The notes beneath the pieces are model-generated. The model saw only the letters and a program-made list of their open reading frames with translations. It was not told the origin of the DNA and searched no databases. Both the position numbers and the translations under genes were made by a program. Shown piece after piece: positions 1 through 9,037 of a stretch of 64,000 nucleotides of DNA (its first letter is position 1; every line of letters starts with the position of its first letter). Source of the DNA: a bacterium (GTDB taxonomy: Bacteria > Patescibacteriota > Minisyncoccia > Moranbacterales > GWC2-37-73); NCBI GenBank assembly GCA_037140955.1, contig JBAXDL010000003.1, positions 27,348 through 91,347 of the forward strand, read 5' to 3'.

Positions 1-1344
1 TCAATCAAAACTTTTGGACCAACTGAGTTTGCTCTCAAACTTTGGTCAATCATCTTTGGCACACTCACGGTTCTTGGAGTCTTTCTTTTGGCCAATGAAC
101 TTTTTGCAAACCAGTTGGCCGGACTTGTTGGAGCATATTTGATTGCTTTTTCCTATTGGGCGATTAATTTTTCGCGCATTGGCTTTCGCGCCATCATGGT
201 TCCCTGCATTTTAACCTTTGCTTTCTATTTTCTCTTAAAAGGCCTTCGCACAAAAAAATTGCATGATTTCATTATTGCCGGTGCGATCTATGGATTGGGA
301 GTTCACACCTACATCGCCTTTCGAGTTTCTCCTCTTGTGCTGGTGGCACTTTTTGTTTCATTGCTAATCACACGCAAAAACTTTATTCGAGAATATTGGA
401 AACATGTGCTTGTTTTTACTTTTGCCATGTTTGTGGCAGCCTTTCCAATGTTGGCCGATTTTTTCATATACAACCCGCAGCACTATGCCTCTCGCACCAG
501 TGAAATTTCTGTTTTAAACCCAGCTTCCAATCAAGGACACCTCGTGCTGACAGTTGCCAAAACATTCGCACTCAGCATTCAAAAATATTTCATCATGGGC
601 GATCTCAACATGCGCCACAACTACAGACCATATGCCCTGCTAAATCCAATCGTGAGCGTTGCGTTTTTGCTTGGTCTAATCTATATCATCAACAAATTCT
701 CTCATCTTCTTTGGCTGCGATTCAAAAAACAAGAGCGCAATGAAAAACTCGATATCTATGTACTGCTCTTGGCTTGGTTTTTTGCACTCCTTATTCCTGA
801 ATTTTTGGCCAATGAAGGAAACCCTCACGCTTTGCGTTCCATTGGAACCTTGCCAGCAGTGATCATCATCTCAGTCATTCCTTTTCTTTGGGTTTTCAAA
901 AAATATTCACAATTTGGACATGCCTACAAAACTTTCACCATCTGCATGCTAACATTTGCTTTTGTTTTTATTGGACTATCCGACCCAATCAAATATTTTG
1001 TCTTTTTTGCTAATAGCCCGAAGCAGCATGAGGTTTTTGATGCCAACCTGCGAAGTGTTTCAGATTTCATCAGAACGCTGCCAGCAGCAGAAAAAAAATA
1101 CATAGTGACCGGTTCAATGGAAAGACTCACTATCAAATATCTAAACCCAACACTGCCAAACACCTTCTACTATTACCCTGGCGAGGCTTCAAACATTCAA
1201 GCCGCACCAAATGAAAAGATTCAGATAATCTTCACTGCTTGGGATTGGGACACGATGAACTCTTTGAAAGACAGAATTCCAAATCTGAAAGTAGAGGAGC
1301 ACAACAATAAATTTGGCGATATTTTTATAATACTAAGCAATTAA
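1..1344 (+). CDS. GT-C fold glycosyltransferase (PMT/ArnT, GT39/GT83-like), 5' partial
   Basis: Frame is open from base 1; multi-TM protein with FSRIGFRA, GLGVHTYIAFR and PHALRSIG motifs typical of PMT_2/ArnT proteins. Confidence 0.75.
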   Translation, partial: SIKTFGPTEFALKLWSIIFGTLTVLGVFLLANELFANQLAGLVGAYLIAFSYWAINFSRIGFRAIMVPCILTFAFYFLLKGLRTKKLHDFIIAGAIYGLGVHTYIAFRVSPLVLVALFVSLLITRKNFIREYWKHVLVFTFAMFVAAFPMLADFFIYNPQHYASRTSEISVLNPASNQGHLVLTVAKTFALSIQKYFIMGDLNMRHNYRPYALLNPIVSVAFLLGLIYIINKFSHLLWLRFKKQERNEKLDIYVLLLAWFFALLIPEFLANEGNPHALRSIGTLPAVIIISVIPFLWVFKKYSQFGHAYKTFTICMLTFAFVFIGLSDPIKYFVFFANSPKQHEVFDANLRSVSDFIRTLPAAEKKYIVTGSMERLTIKYLNPTLPNTFYYYPGEASNIQAAPNEKIQIIFTAWDWDTMNSLKDRIPNLKVEEHNNKFGDIFIILSN

Positions 1345-1356
1345 ACAAAAATAAAT

Positions 1357-3204
1357 ATGGAAAAGTTTCTCAAGAAAAAATACAAAATAATTGTCACCGT
1401 CATCATGACAATCTTTTTTGTGGTCTCACTTTTAAACGCAAAAAATGACAGTGCAACTTTTGATGAAATTGCTCACATTCCTGCTGGATATAGTTATGTT
1501 CAAATGCAGGACATGCGCCTAAATCCAGAACACCCACCCTTACTGAAAGATTTGATTGGAATTCCTTTGGCTTTTTTGAATCTCAAATTTGACACCACTG
1601 CCACATTTTGGACAGGCGAAGGCTTTGCTCGAATTTGGGATGATGGCCAATGGGCTGCCGGCAAGCATCTTTTGTATGAAGCAGGAAACAATCCTGATCA
1701 GATTATTTTTTGGGCGCGCGTTCCAATTATCATTCTTTCTGTTGTTCTTGGTTTGTTTTTGTTCATGTGGGGCAAGCAAATTGCTGGAACATTGGGTGGA
1801 TTGTTTGTGTTGGTTTTGTACGCTTTTGATCCAAACATTCTTGGACACAATCACTATGTCACCACCGACATCGGCATCGCAACATTTTTGACTTTCATGT
1901 TTTACTATTTCATCAGATTCATCAAAAATCCAACTTGGAAAAATGTTGTCGTTGGAGGAATATTTTTGGGACTTGTTGGTCTGGTGAAATTCTCATCGCT
2001 CATGGCTTTCCCTATTCTTGGACTTGTTCTTATTGTCTATCCTCTTGTCAAAAAAATCTCACACGACGACAAAGAGATCAAGGAAAAATTCTTGCGCACA
2101 AAATTGTTCTTTTCATATCTCGGAAAAGGAATTGTGGCTTTTGCAATTTCCATGGTTGTGATTTGGATTTTGTATTTTGTTAACACCTACAACATGCCGA
2201 GAGAAATAATTGCCAGACAAATAAACTTCTCCTTTCCGCTTGATGATCCTAATCCTCTCAGCATGATCACCAACAAGTCCCTCGCTGTAATAAACTCAAC
2301 AACCCTCACAAAACCACTTGCTGAATATTTCCTTGGTGTCACCATGGTTTTCAAGCGCGTGGCCGGTGGAAATGGCGCATACTTTTTGGAAAATGTTTCC
2401 AGCAAGGCTTCCAAGATTTATTTCCCACTAGTTTTCACTATCAAAGAAACAATGCCATTTTTGACGCTTATTGTTTTCTCCTTGACCTATACACTCATTC
2501 AAATTTTTTCAACATTCAAAAGATCGTTGCGAGAAAAAACTGTTGGAAAAAATTTCAAGCGCTTTCTGCAAACAGGCGTCACGGAATATGCACTCTTTAG
2601 TTTTATTGTGCTGTATGGATATTTGAGCATCACAGGAAACCTCAACATCGGCTTGCGCCATCTTTTTCCAATCATGCCACTTGCCTATTTGCTGGTTACC
2701 AAAAAAGTTTTCGATTTCATGCAAGGCAAACACCTTGCCACCAAGCATCAGTTGCAAATCATCATTTCCATCTTAATAATCTGGATCATGCTTATTCCGG
2801 TGTTTAGTTATCCTGGCTATGTTTCATATTTCAACGAAACAGTGGGTGGCAGCAAAAATGGATACAAATATGTCACAGATTCAAATGTTGATTGGGGTCA
2901 GGATCTTATTCGTCTGAAAAAATTCCTAAATGAAAATCCTCAAATAGAAAAGATCAATGTTGATTATTTCGGAGGTGGAAATCCTGCTTATTATCTTGGT
3001 GACAAATATGCTTCACTTTGGGATTCAAAACGCCCAATTGAAAAAGGATGGTACGCCATCTCAGTCAATTCATTGCAAGTTAGCATCTATGACAAGGTAA
3101 ACAAAACAGCTGACACCAATTATGCCTGGACAAAAGCCTACACGCCAGCCACGATGATTGGCAATTCCATTATGATCTACTATGTCCCAGAAACGATAAA
3201 ATAA
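1357..3204 (+). CDS. GT-C fold glycosyltransferase (PMT/ArnT-like)
   Basis: SATFDEIAHIPAGY, NPEHPPL, HYVTTD, NIGLRH, DSNVDWGQDL motifs; multiple TM segments. Confidence 0.8.
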   Translation: MEKFLKKKYKIIVTVIMTIFFVVSLLNAKNDSATFDEIAHIPAGYSYVQMQDMRLNPEHPPLLKDLIGIPLAFLNLKFDTTATFWTGEGFARIWDDGQWAAGKHLLYEAGNNPDQIIFWARVPIIILSVVLGLFLFMWGKQIAGTLGGLFVLVLYAFDPNILGHNHYVTTDIGIATFLTFMFYYFIRFIKNPTWKNVVVGGIFLGLVGLVKFSSLMAFPILGLVLIVYPLVKKISHDDKEIKEKFLRTKLFFSYLGKGIVAFAISMVVIWILYFVNTYNMPREIIARQINFSFPLDDPNPLSMITNKSLAVINSTTLTKPLAEYFLGVTMVFKRVAGGNGAYFLENVSSKASKIYFPLVFTIKETMPFLTLIVFSLTYTLIQIFSTFKRSLREKTVGKNFKRFLQTGVTEYALFSFIVLYGYLSITGNLNIGLRHLFPIMPLAYLLVTKKVFDFMQGKHLATKHQLQIIISILIIWIMLIPVFSYPGYVSYFNETVGGSKNGYKYVTDSNVDWGQDLIRLKKFLNENPQIEKINVDYFGGGNPAYYLGDKYASLWDSKRPIEKGWYAISVNSLQVSIYDKVNKTADTNYAWTKAYTPATMIGNSIMIYYVPETIK

Positions 3205-3216
3205 ACAATATTGTGC

Positions 3217-3258
3217 AAAATAAAAACGCTCCAAGAAATTGTGAGCGTTTTTATTTTT
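3217..3258. terminator. Bidirectional intrinsic terminator
   Basis: AAAATAAAAACGCTC-loop-GAGCGTTTTTATTTT between convergent genes. Confidence 0.7.
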
Positions 3259-3266
3259 CTTTATTG

Positions 3267-4166
3267 TTACTTTTTCTTTTCAACTTTCTTTGCTTCAACA
3301 TTAACTGCTTGATCCACAGACACTGTTTGTTCAGCGTTTTTTAGTTTATAGAAAACTTTGTTTTCATTGCGCAGGTCAAAATATGCCACATTATTTTTTT
3401 TGTCACCAGTAATTTCTTTTTTAAAAATAGTTTCTAAGGTTTTCATTGCTCCCTCGAGAGAGTATTGTGTTGAGAAATAGAACTCAGTTCCCTGACTTGT
3501 TTTGACATTAATCTCCTGAGCCATTCGAGATGGTGTGAAATATTGATCAATAATTTCAAAGCCAATTTTTGCAAGCTGATCCTTTATTCCCAGCATGTAC
3601 TGTTCATAGGAAAAATCAACAATATCGCTTCCAATTTCAACCTCTTTTCCGCTTTTATCAACAATTTGCAAAAGATTGTTCTGAATCAACTCCTGTGATG
3701 AAAAATCAGCCTCGCTATATGCAATACCGTTCTCGTCCAACATGAAACATTTTTCATTGCTACACCAAACAAGCAGCGCATTTCTTTCTTCAATATTTAT
3801 GTCAACAGAATCTGGAAATCTCTTTGAAACTTTTATTGTTTTTATTTTTTTAAAATTTTGACTCAAAATCTTCTCAACCTTCCCTTGAGAAATAAACAAA
3901 AAATTATTTCTAGGAATTATTCCCAAATATTTTCCATCCAATGAAACACCAACAACAGCTTGCAATTGAGCATTGTCCAATTCTTTTGCTCCAGCAACAA
4001 CAATATTTGAAATCTTCAGATATGGAGAAAAAAACACAATATATATAGTAACCGCAATAAAGGATATTAACAGTAGATAGAAAATAACCTTAGAAAAAAT
4101 TACTTGTTTGACATTATTGCTTTCGCAATGATCACCTGTGCAATTTTTGATATATTTTTTGCTCAT
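3267..4166 (-). CDS. ftsQ: FtsQ/DivIB-like cell division protein (POTRA domain)
   Basis: N-terminal TM, FFSPYLKISNIVVAG POTRA start, KRFPDSVDINIEER, C-terminal YFDLR. Confidence 0.7.
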   Translation of the reverse strand: MSKKYIKNCTGDHCESNNVKQVIFSKVIFYLLLISFIAVTIYIVFFSPYLKISNIVVAGAKELDNAQLQAVVGVSLDGKYLGIIPRNNFLFISQGKVEKILSQNFKKIKTIKVSKRFPDSVDINIEERNALLVWCSNEKCFMLDENGIAYSEADFSSQELIQNNLLQIVDKSGKEVEIGSDIVDFSYEQYMLGIKDQLAKIGFEIIDQYFTPSRMAQEINVKTSQGTEFYFSTQYSLEGAMKTLETIFKKEITGDKKNNVAYFDLRNENKVFYKLKNAEQTVSVDQAVNVEAKKVEKKK

Positions 4167-4188
4167 TTTTTTGTTTTATATTTTTCTT

Positions 4189-5088
4189 TTATATGTCCAT
4201 GAACAATGTTTCCAAAACAAGCCGCCCATTAGCATTGCTTCTCTTGAGAATTGTCATGCTCTTTTGAATTTTAGAGATGCTGTCATATGATTTTTTAGCA
4301 TCTTGACCATTGGCAACAATCATGGATTTCCTGATTTCCCAAAGCCAAATATTCAATTTTTCTATTGTTCTGAGTGTGTCCTTTGAGAGTTGTTCTGCGA
4401 GCTTGAACTTTTCATTCAACGTTCCTTTTTTCATTTTTTCAAATTCCATGAGCGCATCAATTCTGAAGTTTTTTTCTTCCACATTGGCATTCAAAAATTT
4501 TGCCAAGCCTGGTCTGCCAATTGAAAGCTCAATGCAATCATTTTGAAATGAAAAATCTTCACCAAAGCCTTTTTGCATGTCGCGATCTTCAACCAAACCA
4601 AAATTAAGAATCTGCAAGCGTGAGATTATTGTTGGCAAGATCCTGTCTATCTCATGGGTAACCAAGATTATTATTGTTGTTGGGTTTGGCTCTTCCAGGA
4701 TTTTCAAAAGTCCATTTTGCGCAGAAACATTCATTTTGTGAGCGCTATCAACAATCAAAATCTTGTATTTTCCATGATATGGAAACAAGCTTAGGCTGTT
4801 TTTGGCATCTCTGATTGCCTCAATAGAAATGTCACGCTGTTTTGTGATGCCATTTTTTTCTACCATTTCAGGTTCCACCACAAGCAAGTCCAGCAACGCT
4901 TCTTTGTTGTACTCATCCATTGTCAGTGACAATTCATCCCCAGAAATGGCAGCCAAGGCAAACATTTTTGCCAGTGTGAATTTGCCAACATTTTGCGGAC
5001 CAGAAAAAAGATAAGCATGACCAAGACTGCTCTTTTTTAGTGAGTTTCTAAGTATTGAGGCAACCTTTGTGTTTCCAATAAAGTCCAT
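4189..5088 (-). CDS. holB: DNA polymerase III delta' subunit
   Basis: HAYLFSGPQNVGK, AQNGLLKILEEP, ILPTIISR clamp-loader motifs. Confidence 0.85.
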   Translation of the reverse strand: MDFIGNTKVASILRNSLKKSSLGHAYLFSGPQNVGKFTLAKMFALAAISGDELSLTMDEYNKEALLDLLVVEPEMVEKNGITKQRDISIEAIRDAKNSLSLFPYHGKYKILIVDSAHKMNVSAQNGLLKILEEPNPTTIIILVTHEIDRILPTIISRLQILNFGLVEDRDMQKGFGEDFSFQNDCIELSIGRPGLAKFLNANVEEKNFRIDALMEFEKMKKGTLNEKFKLAEQLSKDTLRTIEKLNIWLWEIRKSMIVANGQDAKKSYDSISKIQKSMTILKRSNANGRLVLETLFMDI

Positions 5089-5091
5089 ATG

Positions 5092-5209
5092 AATTTAAAT
5101 TTCTAATTCTGAATTTTTAATTTTGAATAAAATCTTAATGGCACAATGTTTCAAAATTTAAAACATTGAAAATTCATTCAAAATTCAAAATTGGAAATTA
5201 AAAATTAAT
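5092..5209. repeat. AT-rich heptamer-periodic imperfect palindrome
   Basis: TTTTAATTTTGAAT...ATTCAAAATTCAAAATT arms with inner CAATGTTT/AAACATTG; similar tracts at 11372-11425, 16985-17105, 34378-34491. Confidence 0.5.
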
Positions 5210-5213
5210 AGCC

Positions 5214-6356
5214 CTACTTTTCCAATAATGCTTTTTCAATAAACTGACCAAATTCCCTTTGAAATCTTTCTCTTGAAAATTCTTCTCCTCTTTTTCTTAT
5301 CACATCTTTATCATAATTCCCCTCATTATTCAAAAATCTTCTCACGCCATCAGCCAAAACTTCGGGAGTTTGGGCATCAAAAAATTCCCCCGTAACACCC
5401 TCTTGCACGGTTTCCAGTGCGCCACCCTTGCGAAATGCAATCACAGGAACACCACACAGCATTGATTCTATTGGAGTTATTCCAAAATCATCCTCTGCTG
5501 CGAAAATAAAAGCCTTGGCTCCTTTGAAATATTGTTGAGTGACCTTGTCCGACTTCCATCCCAGAATCTTAATGTTGTCCTTGGCAATTTTTCTGAGGTG
5601 TTTTTCTTGTTTACCTGTTCCAATCACAACCAAGGGCAATCCCAATTTATTGAAAGACTCCACCACCAAATCAACTTTTTTGTAAGGAGAAAGACGTGAG
5701 ACAACCAGGAAATAGTCTTTGTCTGTCAATTCTTGGCTTTTGGTTTCTAAATCCACTTCTTGCCTCAGGCTAACTGGTGGATATATTACCGAAGAATCAC
5801 GCCTATAATATTTTGAAATTCTTTTTTGCGTATACGATGAATTTGCAATCAAGTGTTCCGGCCTTTGCGCTGCAAGATTGTCCCAGAGGCGCAAATAGTT
5901 GAAAAAGAAGCGCAAGAAAAAATTAGCTTTTGTTTTTCTATCTTCCTTCAAATATCTCTCATTATAATCCCAAACCCAACGCATTGGCGAATGCAAATAT
6001 GCCACATTCACCGTGTCCAATTTTGTCACAATCCCCTTGCTCCAAGCGCCAGAAGATGAAATGACCAAGTCAAATTCACGCAAATCAAATGTCTCAGGAA
6101 TAACAGGGAAAAAAGGCAACAGCCATTGCTGGTTTTTTCGCAAAATTTTTGGAAACTTCTGCAAATAAGACGCAACAATGTTTCTATCCTTAAAATAGGT
6201 TGATTTTATTTTTTCATCATACAAAATGGTATAAATCGGAGCATCTGGATACATCTTGGCAATTTCCAAAAGAACCCGCTCTGCACCACCAAAAACAGTG
6301 ACAAAATCATGCACAATGGCAACTTTTATTTTTTTTTCAGCAACATCTTCTTTCAT
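5214..6356 (-). CDS. Glycosyltransferase family 4
   Basis: HDFVTVFGGAERVL, SRLSPYKK, EDDFGITPIES (EX7E) motifs. Confidence 0.9.
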   Translation of the reverse strand: MKEDVAEKKIKVAIVHDFVTVFGGAERVLLEIAKMYPDAPIYTILYDEKIKSTYFKDRNIVASYLQKFPKILRKNQQWLLPFFPVIPETFDLREFDLVISSSGAWSKGIVTKLDTVNVAYLHSPMRWVWDYNERYLKEDRKTKANFFLRFFFNYLRLWDNLAAQRPEHLIANSSYTQKRISKYYRRDSSVIYPPVSLRQEVDLETKSQELTDKDYFLVVSRLSPYKKVDLVVESFNKLGLPLVVIGTGKQEKHLRKIAKDNIKILGWKSDKVTQQYFKGAKAFIFAAEDDFGITPIESMLCGVPVIAFRKGGALETVQEGVTGEFFDAQTPEVLADGVRRFLNNEGNYDKDVIRKRGEEFSRERFQREFGQFIEKALLEK

Positions 6357-7165
6357 AAAGGACTTTTTATGTTTCTTAGCATCGGATTCGTCACCTTGGT
6401 ATATATCTGTGTTGTCCTTATATTAGCATGACCAAGAAGTTCCTGTACATATCGAACATCAACACCATTTTCCAACAAATGTGTTGCAAAGGAATGCCTG
6501 AGCGAATGAAATGTGGCATCCTTTTGGATTCCAGCTTTTTGCAAGGCATTTTCAAAAACCTTTTGCGCCGTTCGTTCCGTGAGCTTTCCCTTGCGCTCAC
6601 TAGCAAAAACAAACTCATCAAGATCCTTGCCTGCAATCAGGCTTTGAATTTTTTCAACCAATTTTTCAGGAAGCACTGTGATTCGATCCTTGTTTCCTTT
6701 GGCTCCCTTGAGATGCATTGTCAATTCAGGCAAATCCAAATCCTTGACCTTCAAGTTTATGACCTCACTAACTCTCAGTCCCCCAGCATATGCAAGCGCA
6801 ATCATCAAATTGTGCTTTTGATTGATAATTTCATTCAAAATGACTTGAATTTCATCTCGCGAAAGCACAATTGGAAGCTTGCTGGCAGTTTTGGCAAAAT
6901 GCACATCAATTTTTCCTCTATATTTGAGCACATTCCAGCAGAAAAAATTAATCGCTTGCAGACTTTGATTTGTTGTCTGAGAAGAATATCCTTTGTCCAC
7001 TTTTGATAGGATGAATTTCTTGATAAAATCAACATCAACCTTTTCAAAATTATCCTTTTTTGCTTGCAAATACTCAGCCACACAGAAAGAATAACTCTTG
7101 ATAGTTTTTGGACTGTATTTTCTCAGTCGCAATTCATCTTGAAGTTTTTGCAAATAGACGTCCAT
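6353..7165 (-). CDS. Integron-integrase-like tyrosine recombinase (short form, 270 aa)
   Basis: N-terminal SAM-like domain (LRKYSPKTIKSY), KLPIVLS, YAGGLRVSE, KGNKDR, HSLRHSFATHLLE, QELLGH, TTQIY; lacks the IntI-specific insertion. Confidence 0.85.
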   Translation of the reverse strand: MDVYLQKLQDELRLRKYSPKTIKSYSFCVAEYLQAKKDNFEKVDVDFIKKFILSKVDKGYSSQTTNQSLQAINFFCWNVLKYRGKIDVHFAKTASKLPIVLSRDEIQVILNEIINQKHNLMIALAYAGGLRVSEVINLKVKDLDLPELTMHLKGAKGNKDRITVLPEKLVEKIQSLIAGKDLDEFVFASERKGKLTERTAQKVFENALQKAGIQKDATFHSLRHSFATHLLENGVDVRYVQELLGHANIRTTQIYTKVTNPMLRNIKSPL

Positions 7166-7237
7166 TGATATTTATGCTAATATTGCCTTGTAAATAAATT
7201 ATACAAAATATTCGCAATAGATGCAAAATTTTGTACA

Positions 7238-7340
7238 GTATGCGAAAACACTTCGCATACAAAAGAGTTGATCTGAAATGTCGCTCCACTACGTTTGCTC
7301 CATTTCAAATCAACGTGCGCGCCTGCCAGGCGCGCACGTT
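7238..7340 (+). repeat. attI/attC-like hairpin cluster and empty mini-cassette
   Basis: GTATGCGAA/TTCGCATAC (7238-7260); GTTGATCTGAAATG/CATTTCAAATCAAC (7267-7314); AACGTGCGCGCCTG-C-CAGGCGCGCACGTT (7312-7340). Confidence 0.6.
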
Positions 7341-7416
7341 GTGCGAAATCTAGAATTTACATTTTATTTTGAAGGGCAAGAAAAATTATTTAATACGAGA
7401 ATATAATTTAACTTTT

Positions 7417-8070
7417 ATGAACACATATATTTATAAGAAATATGTAATTATTTTTGGATTTATTATTGGCTCCCTTCTTTTTATTATAGATCACCATTTG
7501 GAATATTTTTTGTACGGATTTATTATTGGCGCAATAATTTCTGTTGTTTATGTTTATACTTTTATTCCCAAGGCGGAATCTTCAGTTATAGTTTTTGATG
7601 ATGAAAAAATGATGCCCGGATCACCAATGCCATCAAAAATTTACATTTTAAGAGGGTTTTTTATAGGATTGCTTGTTTCTTTTATATTGATTCTGATTCC
7701 AGTTTTTATGCGCTCAATCCGTGACTTTAATCAAGCAAGAAAAGCTCATACGGATTATGTTTACGTAATTCAAAATTGCGGAAATAATCCAAGTGATAGT
7801 TGTCTCAGGAAATTGTGTTCTAATAATTACGATTGCGGGTTTGCTGTAATAAAAGATCCTCTTTCTTCTTTTGCATTAGAATATCATGATTATCGAGTTG
7901 AAAATGCTTCATATGCTTGGACGTTACTAATTCCAGATATCAGCGAGGGACTACAAGTATATTATATGTTTGGTTATTTGGGATTACTTGTCTTGCTATT
8001 ATTTTTAATCATTCCAGTATTATTAGGCTCGCTATTCGGTTTTATATATGGAAAATCGAAATACAAATAA
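7417..8070 (+). CDS. Hypothetical multi-TM membrane protein (cassette gene)
   Basis: About 4 hydrophobic segments and a Cys-containing loop; very AT-rich. ATG 7417 is preferred because TTG 7369 lies inside the flanking inverted repeat. Confidence 0.65.
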   Translation: MNTYIYKKYVIIFGFIIGSLLFIIDHHLEYFLYGFIIGAIISVVYVYTFIPKAESSVIVFDDEKMMPGSPMPSKIYILRGFFIGLLVSFILILIPVFMRSIRDFNQARKAHTDYVYVIQNCGNNPSDSCLRKLCSNNYDCGFAVIKDPLSSFALEYHDYRVENASYAWTLLIPDISEGLQVYYMFGYLGLLVLLLFLIIPVLLGSLFGFIYGKSKYK

Positions 8071-8110
8071 ATTTTCTTGCCCTTTATTTTTAATGAAAAT
8101 TCTCGACATC

Positions 8111-8186
8111 GTCCAACACGGCATATCTGGTTTCGCTACGCTACACCCAAATGCTTCGCACTTCAGATGGTGCCAATACGTTGATC
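8111..8186 (+). repeat. attC-like site
   Basis: GTCCAAC (RYYYAAC) ... GGCATATCTG / CAGATGGTGCC imperfect stem ... GTTGATC (near GTTRRRY); 76 bp, directly after cassette gene. Confidence 0.6.
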
Positions 8187-8330
8187 TGAAATGTTCCCAA
8201 ATTAGGAACACTTCAATTTGCATTCATAAAAAATTCATTTGTCCACATATTGAATACAACTAAATTTCAACATTGATTCATATATGCAAAAGTGATCAAG
8301 AAATAATATTTGATATTTTTCATATTAAGA

Positions 8331-8359
8331 TTGCCCATTTTTTAATCTTTTGCTACAAT
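8331..8359 (+). promoter_or_regulatory. Sigma70-type promoter of TA operon (near-leaderless)
   Basis: TTGCCC-17 nt-TACAAT with extended TG; ATG at 8366 follows the -10 after a 6-nt gap. Confidence 0.55.
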
Positions 8360-8365
8360 ACAGCC

Positions 8366-8665
8366 ATGACTACATTAACTATCAAAAATCAAATAATCCC
8401 TATTTTAAAGCGCCAAGGAGTCCTTAAGGCGGCTATTTTTGGTTCTTTTGCAAGAGGTGAGGAAACAAAAAGAAGCGATGTTGATATTTTGGTAAAACTT
8501 GGCAAAAACAAGAGTTTGCTTGATCTTGTCGGGCTTAAGCTTGAATTGGAAGATAGTCTTGGTAGGGATGTCGATGTCGTTTCCTATGGAGGAATTAACC
8601 CACTCTTGAAAAATATAATTTTAAAAGAACAAAAAGTGATTTATGAAAGAAAAAAAAGATCCTAA
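8366..8665 (+). CDS. MNT (MntA-like) minimal nucleotidyltransferase antitoxin
   Basis: GS-X10-DXD motif (GSFARGEETKRSDVD); overlaps downstream HEPN gene. Confidence 0.9.
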   Translation: MTTLTIKNQIIPILKRQGVLKAAIFGSFARGEETKRSDVDILVKLGKNKSLLDLVGLKLELEDSLGRDVDVVSYGGINPLLKNIILKEQKVIYERKKRS

Positions 8666-8987
8666 AATTTTTCTTACACATATTTTAAAAAGTATAGAGA
8701 GAATAGAAGATGATACGGCTGGTTTGTCTGAGGCTCAATTTTCAAGAGCACTAACCGTTCAAGATGCGGTTGTGCGTAGGCTGGAAATTATCGGTGAAGC
8801 TGTAAGAAATATTGCAGATGATTTTAGAAAAAAGCATACTAAAATCCCTTGGAAGAAAATGGCAGGATTGCGTGATGTTTTGATTCATGAATATTTTGGT
8901 GTCGACATGGAACTTGTTTGGAAAATTATTAACAATGATATTCCAAAATTGAAAAAACAAATTTTGAAAATAGTTGAAAAACTTTAG
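8643..8987 (+). CDS. HEPN (HepT/DUF86) RNase toxin
   Basis: DAVVRRLEIIGEA, IPWKKMAGL, RX4HXY motif (RDVLIHEY). Confidence 0.9.
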   Translation: MKEKKDPKIFLTHILKSIERIEDDTAGLSEAQFSRALTVQDAVVRRLEIIGEAVRNIADDFRKKHTKIPWKKMAGLRDVLIHEYFGVDMELVWKIINNDIPKLKKQILKIVEKL

Positions 8988-9037
8988 AATTAAAAAAGTA
9001 ATTCGCCAAAAAACTAACACTGATTGAGATACTATCC

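Larger units (their letters stand above)
6353..8987. mobile_element. Integron-like locus: integrase, divergent cassette array, MNT-HEPN TA
   Basis: Integrase divergent from hairpin sites with AAC/GTT ends, an AT-rich ORFan cassette and a TA pair; interrupts a GT4-GT4 gene run. Confidence 0.6.

Noticed and set aside
6428-7006. Long antisense ORFs (e.g. 192 aa opposite the integrase; 52090-52641 opposite leuS; 10488-10994 opposite mreB)
   Set aside because: Shadow frames of well-supported genes with no recognisable motifs
6353-8987. Prophage or chromosomal XerC/D
   Set aside because: No phage genes; IntI-like N-terminus and adjacent cassette-like hairpins fit an integron-like element better, though phylogeny is still needed
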